64,000 nucleotides of DNA. Origin: Paraspadella gotoi (lineage: Eukaryota; Animalia; Chaetognatha). Below the pieces are notes generated by a model. That model was given only the letters and a program-made list of their open reading frames with translations, was not told the origin of the DNA and made no database searches. Where the stretch lies: positions 25,255,731 through 25,319,730 of the forward strand of contig CM119266.1 of assembly GCA_051294375.1 (NCBI GenBank), written 5' to 3'. The number at the start of each line of letters is the position of its first letter. The first letter of the stretch is position 1. Both the position numbers and the translations under genes were made by a program. This document shows positions 1 through 17,435 of this stretch, piece after piece.

Positions 1-1677
1 ACTGGGAATTTTTAAAAATATATATTTTTTTGAAGTCGCGACTGATTAAATCGGTCGCTGTATTTTAAGAGTAAATCTTTTTCGGTAAAGAATTTGATGT
101 ATAATATTTAATTTGTATTTATGAAACCAAGGATCTTTAAAAAAATTTAAATGTACTTTTTTTCGTATCAGGGTTTAGGTAACTGCATGCATTCATGTAA
201 CGATAACAAGGTTTAAATAAGCAGCACTAACTAAATGAAGATATAATTTGTAACCTGAGGTCTGGTAATGCTTATAAAATTTTCAACTAGAAATTTTATG
301 TAATAAATACAACTTAGTAAAGTAAAAAAAAGGGGTTAAAAAAATTTTCGACTTTTTATAAATGTCAGCTACAAAATGTGAAAAGCTAATTGCCCGAAAG
401 TTTTTCGCGCATATTTAAACTTCAATTCATAAAATATCCCAGAAAAAAAAAAGTTTGAATAATAAAAATTTGGGTTTCTCCTGCCTTCGGTCGTCGAAGC
501 GACGAAAACTTAAGCAGGATTTATTTTTAATCCGCAGAATTTTAATTCAGTTCGCCCTTTATTCATAACTTTTTTTAAAGTTTAAATCAAATTAATTTAT
601 TTCGCATAGAAAATGTTAGTATTACCTTCCTCGTCAATTAGAATATTATTTCGAATTTATTCCATACGCAGTTACTTTATATATTTTTAACTTTCATACT
701 AAACTTTCGTTTTCTTTGTTTAAGGACGCGAAGGCTTACGTAATTACGAAAGCATGACCGCCTTGAAAGGCGCCAGAATCAGGCGGGTTGAATATCCTGG
801 GCGTCGCCTGTTGAAGCCAAGACGAGAGTCTTACGTCTTTTTGCCCTTTCCCCCCCTCCTGCCCGCCCGCCCGCCCTCTCCGAAAAAAAAGAAAAAATAA
901 GAAAAAGGGAAAAAAAAGAAAAGAAAAGGCTGATTAATGGCCTCGTTGAAGAGACTAATCGGCTCCAGTTGCGGCAATTTTCCGTCGCTCAAAAGTCTGC
1001 TCCTATTAACTTACTTGGAGCTTTTACGTTTTCAAGCCTTTCGTCGCTCCAGCAGCGCCTCAATCGATCGATGACTCCTTTAAAGTTTTCGCTACTTCCG
1101 TCAACCCGCTCCTCACCTTCGCTCCTACGACGATAATCTGTTGATGAAAACCCGAAAACGAATGAGCAGACGCTAATTCGCTTCGCCATAATCTTCGATT
1201 AGCGCCAGTCGTGGTGTGCAATGGGAGGGAGAGAGAGAGAGANNNNNNNNNNNNNNNNNNNNNNNNNNNNNNNNNNNNNNNNNNNNNNNNNNNNNNNNNN
1301 NNNNNNNNNNNNNNNNNNNNNNNNNNNNNNNNNNNNNNNNNNNNNNNNNNNNNNNNNNNNNNNNNNNNNNNNNNNNNNNNNNNNNNNNNNNNNNNNNNNN
1401 NNNNNNNNNNNNNNNNNNNNNNNNNNNNNNNNNNNNNNNNNNNNNNNNNNNNNNNNNNAAAAAAAAAAAGCACGAAGTGAGATTGAAAAAATTAAAAATA
1501 ACTTTGAAGAATAAGAAAGAAATAAAAAGCTTCCGGCGAAATGTTTATTTAAATTTTAATCGTCGGTCAGCGATCGACGCCAGATTTGAGGCTTCGGTCG
1601 AGATTCGTCGGGATCCGAGAAAAAGAAAAGGATTCTCCATGAATAATCAATTCGCATTTTCTAAATTTGAAGACGGA

Positions 1678-1730
<53 letters not shown>
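1678..1730 (+). repeat. (GGC)n trinucleotide repeat
   Basis: Directly visible. Confidence 0.95.
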
Positions 1731-1732
<2 letters not shown>

Positions 1733-2131
1733 GCGTTCGCGCAGGTAGCGGCGGAGTTGGAGGTGACTGTAATGGTTAACTGTTGTTTACTGTTCTTGTT
1801 CCTGTCGTCTCTCTTACCGTCTTTTCATCATTGTTCCACAAAAAAAAAAAAAGATATCCGATTCGAATTGAATCGCGATAGTGGGCGTGGCCCAGTGGTA
1901 ACGCGGTAGCGGCGTGGCTCACTGAACAAGGATGGGCTTCACCGATCCGCGCGTCGTGGTCAACAACTCAGTCAAGGGTCGCGGCGTCGAAAGAAACCAT
2001 ATGTCTTCATGAAAGCGTAATGAAATCTGATAAGAATTAAAATTTCATGCCATTCCTGGGTATAAATAGATCGAAGAAAGAGAGAGAGAGGAGAGAGAGA
2101 GAGAGAAGAGAGAAGAGAAGAGAGAGAGGAG

Positions 2132-2187
<56 letters not shown>

Positions 2188-3705
2188 TCGCAGCGAGAGA
2201 TTTTCAAGGATGTGAAGAAGGATACAAATTGAACGGAATCAAAGCCTCTTTTTCTCCAACGATTTTCATTTTTTACTTCGTTCCAGGATTTCGCGCGCGG
2301 GGTTAATGTAAATCGATTTCTCTTCTCTTTTTTCGTCCGTTCGAACGAGGTTGTCCAGAAGTGGATTACTTTTCTTTTTTTGCCGGGTGTGTCTCTCTCA
2401 CCCACCCTTCTACCGGCACGTTATAGCCGCTTTCTTTTCTTTATAGAGTCTGTATTTTTTTTTAGTTTCTTTATATATATAAATAAAAAAAATGCTATAT
2501 TAATCTTTCCCTTTTTTCATTTTCTTTACAAATTTTTTCCTTCTTACTTTTTCTACTTTTCTTACTTTCTTTTTTATTTCTTTTTTATGCTTCTTTATTT
2601 CTTTTTTTTTTTTTCTTTCTTCTATTTTCTTTCTCACGCTTTCTCTCTTTCCCGCGAGCTGCCATCAACTCCATTTTTCACTCTCGCTCACCCGGACTGG
2701 GGTATTCGGTTTACTCCTCAACGTGCTCGCTCAACGCCCGGCAAACACGACATTAGTCGATTTCTTGCTCAAAATCAAGAAGAGAGTATTATACCGATTA
2801 ACGGTTATAACTTATACTACGTTTTTAAACCACATAATGATTTTTAGGGATCTTATCAGTACTAGAAAAAGAGAAAAACGTTAATTAAACTTAGATGGAA
2901 CGGAGGTCGAGTGGTTTCTCTTATTCTCCGAATCCTGATACAACGTCTGACCCAATTAGACCCATGCCATCAGCAAGAGACCCATGCCATCGGCAAGGCA
3001 TCACCGAATCAATTATCGATGCCATCGCTCAACGCGTCTCCGATGATCAGCGCCGCCTGTCGTCCCTCTCGCGTCGCTCTTTCGTTTGGAGAGATTAAGA
3101 CGATTCGTCTTCACCCTTTTCATTTTGGACTAACTCTAAACATCTAAGCAGATACCTTTCCCCTATACTCTAATAACATTGTCTATTAAAAAAGGACGAG
3201 GAACATTCTTATCTCGCCACTTTCTCGATCGAGTCAACGTTATGTTTGTTTCTTTATTTTTATTATAATTATTGTAATATCTCCCTCATAACAATGAGAC
3301 TTTGAGACTCGAGTTGATTTCATCGGATGTTTCTTCTTGATTCGTTTTCATGTCTTTATCTTTCTAGCTTTATTACTTTCATTGAGAGCGAAGCAACATA
3401 CTACCAAAAAAAAAAATACGTATAAAAATACAACATTTTACGACGCAGGACCGACTGGCGGGAGAAAAAGGATTGAAAACAAAAAGACGTCGACGCCTAC
3501 AATTAAAAGAAATCGAAAAAGCGAATAAATTGGAAAATCGTTTGGAACAGATGCCGAAAACGCAGCTGCCTTTCGCGTCGGCCACTGATGCCAGGGCGAA
3601 GAATGAGACCGAAAAGGAGGGGGGGGGGCTGGCGTAGGCAGGGGATGACTTTCGCCGCTTTCGGTGGCGCTTGGTGGCGTTGGGAGAGCAGGTCGTAAAG
3701 TCTTT

Positions 3706-3888
<183 letters not shown>

Positions 3889-4126
3889 ACGTGCTGCGAA
3901 AACCCGATGGGAAAACGGGAGAGAGACAGAGAGGAATGGATAGAGAGGGAAAGACAAGGAGGGAGACCGAGAGAAGAAGGAGTAATTTGCGGCGAAGTCT
4001 AGATGGAAACTCGAATTTCGTTTCTCCCAAATTCTCGGGACCAAAGTCACACAACTTTATTTCACGCAGCCTCGGTTCTCCGCGCTCTTATTTTCGATTT
4101 TCGCCTCGGCTTCGGGATATCTGAAT

Positions 4127-4235
<109 letters not shown>

Positions 4236-4886
4236 TAATCTAATTTAATTCCTTATACTTACCATTTACTAAAGATGAAAAAAAAGGAACTCCTGATCTA
4301 CTGCCGAGTAAATGGCGCCGAAAAGGGAGATCTCGGTAGATTTACCTCTGAGTCAACATGGAACGAGCGAAGGGTTAATGTACAGTGAGACGATTATATT
4401 GATGAGGCGCGATAAAAAAAAAAGGAACGACGGGGAAGGGGGGGAAGGGCGGGTCGGAGGGGGAGAGAAAGATGGGTAAGGGTTTTATTAGGGTTCTTAC
4501 TTTTTTTTCCCCTTTTCCCCATTGTTGGTAATATTTTTGATAGTAATAGTAGAGTAGAGCACGAGTAGTAGTTAAATCGCGATTTGTAAAAGACAAGAGT
4601 CGAATTACGAGGGACCGCGAAAATAAAACGTTTTTTTTTTCCCACCGCAACGAATTATCGACGTAATTCCATGAATTTGATCAAATTATTGAATTCTGCC
4701 ATCTGGTTAATGTCGACTTTTATTTTTTAAGGATACCATAATACCAAAAAAATCACCTCCTTGGGCTTGACTTGTTTTTCGTTGATTATCTCTTTACTTT
4801 TAAAATTCCGTCGAATTATTTCACCTGAACTCTTGGCCGAACTCATTTTCCACAATTCCATCCATCACCTCTTTTTTGGGAGGGAA

Positions 4887-4971
<85 letters not shown>

Positions 4972-5861
4972 TACCTCGCTTTTTTTTTGAAAATACGTTT
5001 TTTTCTCTCTCTTCGAGAGTAATCACTCCCCAACGACAGGACATAACCGTTTTACCCATTTCTACACATTAATTACCTTTAACGTCTGTTACATCCTACG
5101 CGCCTTCTCCAGTTAATTACAGCCGGGAGCCCCGGTCCGCGGATTATTTCACTCCCGCCATCACTCGCTCATTTTCTGACATTTGATGCAATCAGTCGAT
5201 GATTTTTTTTCGTTCCATGATTCTAATCTTCCCCTTGTTGAAAGTGGATGGCATATTCTTTGCGTCATTCATTTACAATCCTCTGATCTTCGGTAGGTCA
5301 CTAAGATTACTTCAACCTTACGTCACTAAGCCAACCATAGCCTGTCCAAATTTAGGGGAAAAATAGCTTATTTATTCAATGATTAGATAATCTTTATATT
5401 GGTTATTCTTGTACCAATTTCATACCTTCAAGTTCAGCTTCCCGTCAGTCAATCATATCCCTTCAATCAATTACATCCTTTAAGAAATTTGTTCGCTCAT
5501 TTACATTTAACCTTCGGTGACTCAATTACATCCCTCCGTCAACGTTGACCCAACAATGAAAGGACCTTTCCCTCTCGCCCCGGAGATCCCTATGTTCATT
5601 TGTCTGCCAACAGTTTTCGATCTTCGCCACGAGAGTCGCTTCTTGTCATTAGATTCGTTACCATCCGATTAATTCACCGACGCAGCCTTCCTTTTCTCGC
5701 TCCCCAGGGTTTAACGCATTTGCCTCTATTACATACATTACTTTTTATTTCATGGAGAGATGCATCTGTATTAGGAACATTTTTGGTCGGTCGGTCGGTC
5801 GGACTCCTTAAAAGTTTTACGTATTTAAAATTAAATGAATCTGAGTTCAATTAGTCTCTCT

Positions 5862-5918
<57 letters not shown>

Positions 5919-6075
5919 CTCAGTCCTCATCCCCTCACAAACATTATTCTCCCACAACCCCCCCGTTCCCAGGAACTGTCGTTCTCATTTGCATAACCGA
6001 GCAACGTAAACAAGAGTCTAAGGGCGCGATGGAAATACCGGCGGCGAAGGCAACGACAGAGAGAGTGAGAGAGAG

Positions 6076-6146
<71 letters not shown>

Positions 6147-6540
6147 CCGGGGATATTCACGAGGGGAAGGAGGACGGGGAGGAATATAGGGGGTTTGAGG
6201 GGAGGCGGGGAGGGGGGGAATTTAACTGGGGAGTGAGAAAAAAATCGATTTTTTGGATTAAGTGACTAAGTGACTGAGATATTAATAAGGTTCTGCTTTA
6301 TTCATTATTCTAACATTTTACTGTTTACAAAGAACAAATTTTATTTTTTGAAAAGGATATGTTTCGGAGTTGAAGAAGGCTTGTAGGCTTGTATAAAAAA
6401 ATAAAATGCCTTGTTTGTAAACATTTAAAACCAAATTTTCCGTTCTAATCTCAAACGCAGAGAAGAGGGAAAAAAATACACCAAGCATTTTTACTTATTT
6501 AGCAAGAACTCTACAAAATTTTTCTTTCCTTCAGCGATTG

Positions 6541-10258
<3,718 letters not shown>

Positions 10259-10456
10259 CTGTGGACGAAACGTCGTCGAGATCTCTCGCTTCACGGAAAT
10301 GGTCTCCTCCAGTCTGGGGAAAACATTAGTCTTATAATAGATAAATGACATTAGTTAATATAATATTAATTTTCGGAAAACGGCGGCATTCTTTTTCCTG
10401 TTTTTTTCATTGTCAACTTAAAAAAAAAATTTCATCATTGATTTTAACTTTACTTT

Positions 10457-10681
10457 TTGGTGATTAACATCGTTTTATGAGGAAAACGCATATTATTTTT
10501 ATTTGAGCAATATATTTCGGTTAACATCGCTTAACCATAGTTCATTTGCGAAGTAAATGCAAGAAAAATTTTTTCTTGCATTTACTTCGCAAATGAACTA
10601 TGGTTAAGCGATGTTAACCGAAATATATTGCTCAAATAAAAATAATATGCGTTTTCCTCATAAAACGATGTTAATCACCAA
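10457..10681. repeat. Perfect 225-bp palindrome (112-bp arms, 1-nt spacer)
   Basis: TTGGTGATTAACATCG...GCAAGAAAAA-T-TTTTTCTTGC...CGATGTTAATCACCAA, centre at 10569; no mismatch seen. Confidence 0.95.
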
Positions 10682-11867
10682 TACTATGTACTCATACCGC
10701 ATATACGATGACTCTCAAGCAACTTTACTTTTTGTTCGATGAAAATTTGCAAATTACTTGTTTCACTATTTTCTATTTTTATATTTTATGAAGGATTTAG
10801 TATTTAATCTTATTATTAAATCAAATATATATTGCTTTCTTTCTTAAAAATGTTTTATTTATCTAATAATTCAATTTGGGAAGGGGAAGTCAGTGTTGTC
10901 TTCTGGAAATAGAGGGAGCATCTATACAACACAAGGTTAGATTACTATCTGTCCTAGTTTTCTAATAGATATCACACATCATTTCTGTTAGAAAGTCATT
11001 AATGAAAAATCATAATATCTAAGAGGCTGAACAGAAAGGGGTGGGAATGGATAATTTTTTGAGGGGTGACCAAAGTTATATAGGATTTTTTTTACCAATA
11101 GGGATAAGACTACCATGTAGAATTGTATGTTATATATTTTTTATATTTTATTTTTATACAATGGGAAGGTCATCAGTTGGGAACCTATACCCTTCATGGA
11201 TTTCGGCTCTTTAATCCCAATATCCAGGTATAGGCGAACCATCACCAAATGGCGATCCTTCATTGTTGCTTATCTTATATTTTAAATGTATATCATGAAT
11301 GTTTATCTGAAACAGACCAAAGCCCTGGCATCACAGCATTATTAATTTTAGAGAAATTTTATTCAGGTTTTGTAATAATTTGTAATTTGTAAATAAATAA
11401 AATAAATTAAATAATTAGTTTAATAATAAGTTAATAATTAAGGGTATGTTAATGTAAAGTTAACATTAAGTTAATTGGTAAAAGTTAAAAAATAAATTAA
11501 ATCAGAGAGTTAAATAAGTTAAATAAGTTAAATAAGTTATTATTATTATTGTTATTATTATAATTATTATTTAGTGGTTTATTTTTGTTATTTTTTCCTT
11601 ATCATTTTTATTAGGAACTATCATGTATAATCTTTTTTGAAAATAGATTAACATCAGTAACATTATATTTTTTTATTAGCTCCTTATAATTATTGAAAAA
11701 TTTAATTCCCATTTTTCTTAAGTCCTTAAATATATAACCCTGACTTTGTAGTTTTTTGCTTAAATTTATAGCTCTTGATGAAAAATCTGTAAACGTCGAA
11801 CATATTCTTGCATATCTTATTAATTGGCCAATAAATACACCTAGTGCTGCTTTTTTAGGAATACAAC

Positions 11868-11947
<80 letters not shown>

Positions 11948-12458
11948 CTCGTTCAATATCTATCCCCCGATCGATTAAACTCTTAGCATCCTCGCTACGT
12001 TAGTTCAAACTTGTTTAGAATAATTCTCAAAGGTCAAAAGAGTTAAGGAGCCAAGTATGTCATCCTTCAGAATCACCTCCCCCGGGGGCGCTGTCTACGG
12101 GGCGGCCCCCGGCGGGTGGCCCGCGGGGCGGCCCCGGGGGGCAAGCAAATCCTTACTGCCTGGGGGCGGCCCCTGTAGCCTCTTTTTTTGGGGCCCCAAG
12201 GGGCCACTCCAGGGGGAATCCCCCAGGGGCAGAAAAACCTTTTTCCCCTGGGGGCCACCCCCAGGGGGGTGAATTTGCCTGCCCCCTGGAACGGCTCTCT
12301 CTCCCTCCTATTTTCTCTCTCTCTCTCACTCTCTTTCTCTCTTTCTCTATCTCTTTTCTTTTTTCATCTTTTATTAAAATAAATATATAAAAATAAAAAA
12401 ATAATATTTTCACTTCAATTAATCAATCACTGAACCAATAGCTGCGCCAATACCAATA

Positions 12459-12900
12459 TGCATAATTTGGTCAACTTGCATAATTTAGTCAAATGACATT
12501 ATTTGGTCAACTGACATTATTTGGACAACTGATATATGAATTTTGGTCAACTTTTAAAATTTGGTAAACTTTCATTAATTTGGTAATACTTTTATAATTT
12601 GGTCAATTTTCAATAATTGGTCAACTTTAACAATTTGGTCAACTGGCATAATTTGGTAATTTTGTTATAATTTAGTCAACTTGCATAATTCGGTTAACCT
12701 TTATAATTTCGTAAACTTTCATAATTTTGTCAACTGACATAATTTGGTCAACTGATATTAATTTGATCAACTTTTAGAATTTGGTAAGCTTTTTATAATT
12801 TGGTAAACTTTCATAATTTGGTCAACTGTCATAATTTGGTCAACTTGTTATAATTTGGTGCAATTGGTCATATTTTGGTCAATTGGATTATTTGGTCAAC
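12459..12900 (+). repeat. Minisatellite, ~18-21 bp unit (ATAATTTGGTCAACTTNC), inside the MULE
   Basis: More than 20 degenerate tandem copies of ataatttggtcaact. Confidence 0.85.
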
Positions 12901-13034
12901 AATCAACTTAACAATTAGCTAAATTTATTAATTTCATCTGTAAGAAATAGAAAGAGAGAAAGAGTGAGAAAATTTTTAATAAAATTCAAGTAAATGTGAC
13001 TTTTGTTTTTCCTATTAAAACTTACTTTCACTTG

Positions 13035-13265
13035 TATACTTTTCTACCCACGCAACAAAATTTTATTTTAATTCATCTATGAAATTTTAAATAGTAAGAA
13101 TAAATAGTAGGATGGTTTTAATTTTTTTAATCACTTATAAAAAAAATTAATTAATTAATTATTAATCAGTCTTTAAGTCCGTCCCACATTAGCATTAAAC
13201 TCAAATTATTCGTGATTAGATATAATGGATTAGAATAAAATCTTGTGTGTGGGTAGAAAAGTGTG
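13035..13265. mobile_element. Small MITE-like inverted repeat nested in the MULE
   Basis: ACTTTTCTACCCAC...ATTTTATT at left pairs with AATAAAATCTTGTGTGTGGGTAGAAAAGT at right. Confidence 0.5.
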
Positions 13266-14348
13266 TGATTGAGCTAGATATAAAGTTTTGCTCACTTTCC
13301 TCTCAAACCATCAAGCCTTTCCTCAACAACGTGAGTTCATCTGAGACAATCTACAAACTAACAATTATTAATTAAAATCTTAAATGAAAAAAAATTATTT
13401 CACGTTAACAATAATTTGAAAAAAAATGTATATTTTTTTAGTTACAATAAAACAAGTCTTGAAAGATAGAGAGAGAGAAAAGATAGAGAAAGAGAAAGAA
13501 AAAGAAAGAGAGAAAAAGAAAAAGATAAAAAAAATGAGAGAGAGAGAGAAAGAGAAAGAGAGAGAGAGTGTGAGAGAAAGAGAGAAAGAGAGAGTAACAG
13601 ACAGGGAGAGATATTCTCAGATACAATAACATTGTCAGTATTATTTTCTTATCTAAACTTTGCTCTCTCCTTAACTCGCCCTGGGGGAGCACTTTTTGCT
13701 CCCCAAGGGGTTACCCCAGGGGCAGACTTTTTTTGGCCCCAGGGGGCCGCCCAGGGGGGTTCCCCCTGGGGCAAACATTTTGGGTCTATTAGGGGCGCCC
13801 CCTCAATGACCATTTTGCTGCTCCCCCTGGAATAGTCTGCCCCCTGGGGCCCGCCCTAGAGCCGCCCGCGCGGGGCGGAGGATTTGGGAGATGACATATC
13901 TCTAAGGAGCCCGAACCTTATTCTACATTGTTTTTCACAATAACTGATGTCACATATTATATTGGTTAATAATGGTTATTTTCAAAACGTCTCCCGAACG
14001 CATTTTTTTAATTCGGAGAATATACTTCATCAGTTCTTTACCGAAAGTCGCGAGTAATTGATCGTTTCTGTTCCATCCGAATTATTTTCGTTCAGAGATT
14101 TTTTTAAAGGAAATTTAAATAATTTTTATTTTTCCTGCCTTTTTTGCTTGTCGACCTCATGAAATGGGGTCGCTTCGTACATAACTCGTCTGCAAGATAA
14201 GCGTTCCGCGACCCGAGAACAGAGTATATCTTTTTTTTACACTTCAATCGTAAGGTTAAACGTTATAAGATAGGGGAACAAAATGTGAAAAAGAACAAAC
14301 AACATCGCTAGTCTATTCAAAAGATACTCTTTTTTCGTGTTGTTTTTA

Positions 14349-14458
14349 GTTGCGCCGCGAATACTCAGTAGTTATCAACCATAAGACGTTTTTTATACAT
14401 AAATTTCATAGTCAAGTAGTCATGTAATCACATGAAAAGAAAGTCACTGCGGCGCAAC
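14349..14458. mobile_element. ~110-bp MITE; partial inverted second copy at ~39268-39368
   Basis: 10-bp TIR GTTGCGCCGC / GCGGCGCAAC. The interior (TCAACCATAAGACGTTT...CATGTAATCAC...AAGAAAGTCA) recurs as reverse complement at 39268-39368. Confidence 0.55.
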
Positions 14459-14867
14459 ACATTGGACGGACCGATCTTGTTCTTTTTTATTTTTGAAATT
14501 AAACTTTGTCGACGCCTCAATGAAAAAAGGTTCAAATTATGTGTCAGATAAAAAATCGTCTTATTGTAAGAATCAACACAAATATCCCCTGATTACCAAA
14601 AAACCCTACCAATATTTTTTTTTCTTTTAATGTTGGTTATCATCAGTTCAAATGTGACATTTATATAGAAGGAGATATATACATCGTGGGAAGCGTCCTT
14701 CATATGTGACACAATGGTCTCCTTTTTTTTGTCACATGCTTCTTCTGTCGAACTCTTCCAACTTTGACGTTCACTCTTTCGTCGTCAAACGTCTTCCCCT
14801 TCCACCCCTGACTTCTTCCCCAGTTTTGAATGCGTCCTCGTTAACGACGACCACGGTTCCTCACCCA

Positions 14868-14957
<90 letters not shown>

Positions 14958-15325
14958 TTTAAAAAGCGACAAGAAAACAGGAGTAAAAAGATCGTGAAGC
15001 AGTTCTATTCCAACGTCACTCGCGCGATTACTCGACTGTATGTGATGACATTCACTGGTGGCTAATTCAACGTCGCAATCTAGTAGTAATCATTTTAACT
15101 CTTTTCTGACTGAATATAAATTTTAAAATCATGAAAATAACGTTAAAGGGTTTAGAAATGTTGACATATTTTATTGTGTTTTAAAAAATCGAAAATCATT
15201 GATAAGCGATTCGGCATTGTTGCTGGGACTTTAAAAACGCTAATCGTTAATCGCTGAAAATTATAATATATATATATATATATATATTTATTTAAATATA
15301 TACAGAGCGTTAATTAATAATGTAT

Positions 15326-15580
15326 TGTGGCGGTATATTCACACCGCCTCACGTCCGTCATCCTCCAGCCAAATCCATTGGCTCAGAGGGGGAACACACC
15401 ATCCCAAGCGTAGTGTTCCATCCACAGTCCTAACGACTTCCCTCTGTGTTGGCAAAGCGAGACCGTCCTAGGGTAACCGCGCCAGTGACTGGAGGCGTCA
15501 CTGAGGGTCGGAAGCCCCCAAAGCCAACAGTGAGATGCCCCATCCCAATGGGCATCACAGGCAACCCGGCTGTTGCCATA
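15326..15580 (+). mobile_element. Short solo-LTR-like element, family A, copy 2
   Basis: Starts TGTGGCGG, ends TTGCCATA; 4-bp direct repeat GTAT at 15322-15325 and 15581-15584; homologous to 8987-9213. Confidence 0.75.
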
Positions 15581-17435
15581 GTATTCAATATATGATAAAA
15601 ATACACAAAGTAGACGCGACAAACAAAATGACGTAAAAAATCTCGAAACTATTAGCTTGCTTTATAGCTATACATTGAAGAAATTCATTAAAAATCTTAG
15701 TCATAATCGATCCCTTGTTACAATTCAACCTCACGGATCTAATGAGGAAATTAAAATATGAAAACAATGGGGATTCTTCTTTCCTGTTGGGGGACATTCT
15801 TGTGTAAAAAATTGCTAATGAACTGACATCATTTATGAAATATTCAAAATATTTTCTGTAGTAGGAATAATCATAATTCTTTTTAACAGCGAAAAAATGG
15901 TATAAAAAGTAATACAAAGTGATTGATAATATTACAAACAAATTTTTTTGAAAAAACAAAAAAAAAATATTTTGGCTTGGTCACGTGACGAATGAAACAA
16001 AAAGTGAAAGTGATTAAAAGGAGAAAAGAAGAAGAAAACAACGTGAAGAAACATTCATCAAAAACGAAAAAATATAACAGTTGATACTCGAGAAAATGCG
16101 GCAAAGATGGATAGTTTCGTTCCCAAAAGTCGCAAGAGACTGAGAACGCGTTTCTGAGTTGGCAACGAACTGAATCCGTTTGCCGAGTAAAATACGCGAA
16201 ACAAGGGAGAGCAAAGCTGACCAGACCAAAAACTATGTAAAACTTGTGGATTGCACGGGGTCCACAATTGGCAACCATTTGATGGGCTTCGAGAAAGAAA
16301 AACACAGTGTGCAAAACCCACGACACAAAGAAGAAGTGAGCGAGCAAAACGAAGCTGCGGTGTTGCGCTTCTTTTGACTTTAGCAGAGTTAAGTGAGAAT
16401 CAGTGTACTTGGTTTTACAACTTATGGTCTGACCGTGGCACGCAGAAAGTACATCGTTCTCCTCATAGACCCTCTTGTGACTCTGAGTAGCGTGGATGTT
16501 AAGAGCTAGTATTGTTAAAGGTACAAGAGAAGCCAGCACAAATTGTGTTAGCTTAATTTTTTTTTTTACATTGAAAAAAATGATGCTGGCATAAAATACG
16601 CCGCTCACCAGGTCCATGAACAAATACAACAAAATCGTCATGAAATCTAACTTGAAAGCAATTCGAATTCCAGATGTCGGCCTTTCTAGGCAGGGTTCTA
16701 TTGACGCAAGACCAATGTTAGACTAAGGGGTGAACTTAGGTAATATTTTGCCTTGATAAACTGAGCAATAGTGTTCTGAAATTGCCTAGGTAAAGAAATG
16801 ATTTTTCTTAATAAAATATAGGCAATTTCTGAATCAAAAATTATTGCTTATATTTATTTTTAAAGATAAATAAAACAATATATTTCTTTTATTGTTTTAA
16901 TTTCGTTATAAACTATATTTTCAATTTGTTATTACTATATTTTAAGCCCAAAATACTTTTCCCAGATGGTATGAAATATGATTATCAATAGTAGCATGGC
17001 ATTAAGTCTGTAATCTACTTGGCTACTACCAGAACAAGAACCAATAAAATTATTAAGAAAGATTTAATTTATTGATATTAATTATTAAATTCATTAATTA
17101 ACAGATAGTAAAGAAATTAGTAATAACTAATGAGGATGCATACATTAAAGAGATTTGCAATGTACGTAATTCAGTTGTATCCTGATATGATGACAAGATT
17201 AAAACCTCGATCAAAGATGATGTAACAATGTACCCAAGACTCAAGTCGCCAAAATATTTTGTATCTTATTAAAAATGGCAAAGCTTACTAGAATTCTTTG
17301 CAGAATATTATATGGATTACTCAATACCTCCCAAGCTGATTATATTAAAAAATTCAAAGCTCAATATAGAAAGTAAATATCCTATGGTATAATTTTCAAA
17401 TATTGTGTTGTTTCTTTCTTTCGTTGTGTTTTTAA

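Larger units (their letters stand above)
12053..13902. mobile_element. Non-autonomous Mutator-like (MULE) element
   Basis: Long imperfect GC-rich TIRs (left AAGTATGTCATC..., right ...GATGACATATCTC), flanked by the 9-bp direct repeat TAAGGAGCC (12044-12052, 13903-13911). No transposase ORF. Confidence 0.75.

Noticed and set aside
1883-1960. A-box-like TGGCCCAGTGG suggesting a tRNA or SINE
   Set aside because: No B box at the right spacing and no second copy in the window.
12459-12900. CRISPR-like appearance of the short repeat arrays (also 42795-43135 and 45405-45826)
   Set aside because: These are head-to-tail degenerate units without unique spacers; there are no cas genes and the context is eukaryotic.
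17120-17380. Possible transposase remnant inside the hAT element
   Set aside because: The frame has two stops and no recognisable hAT motif.
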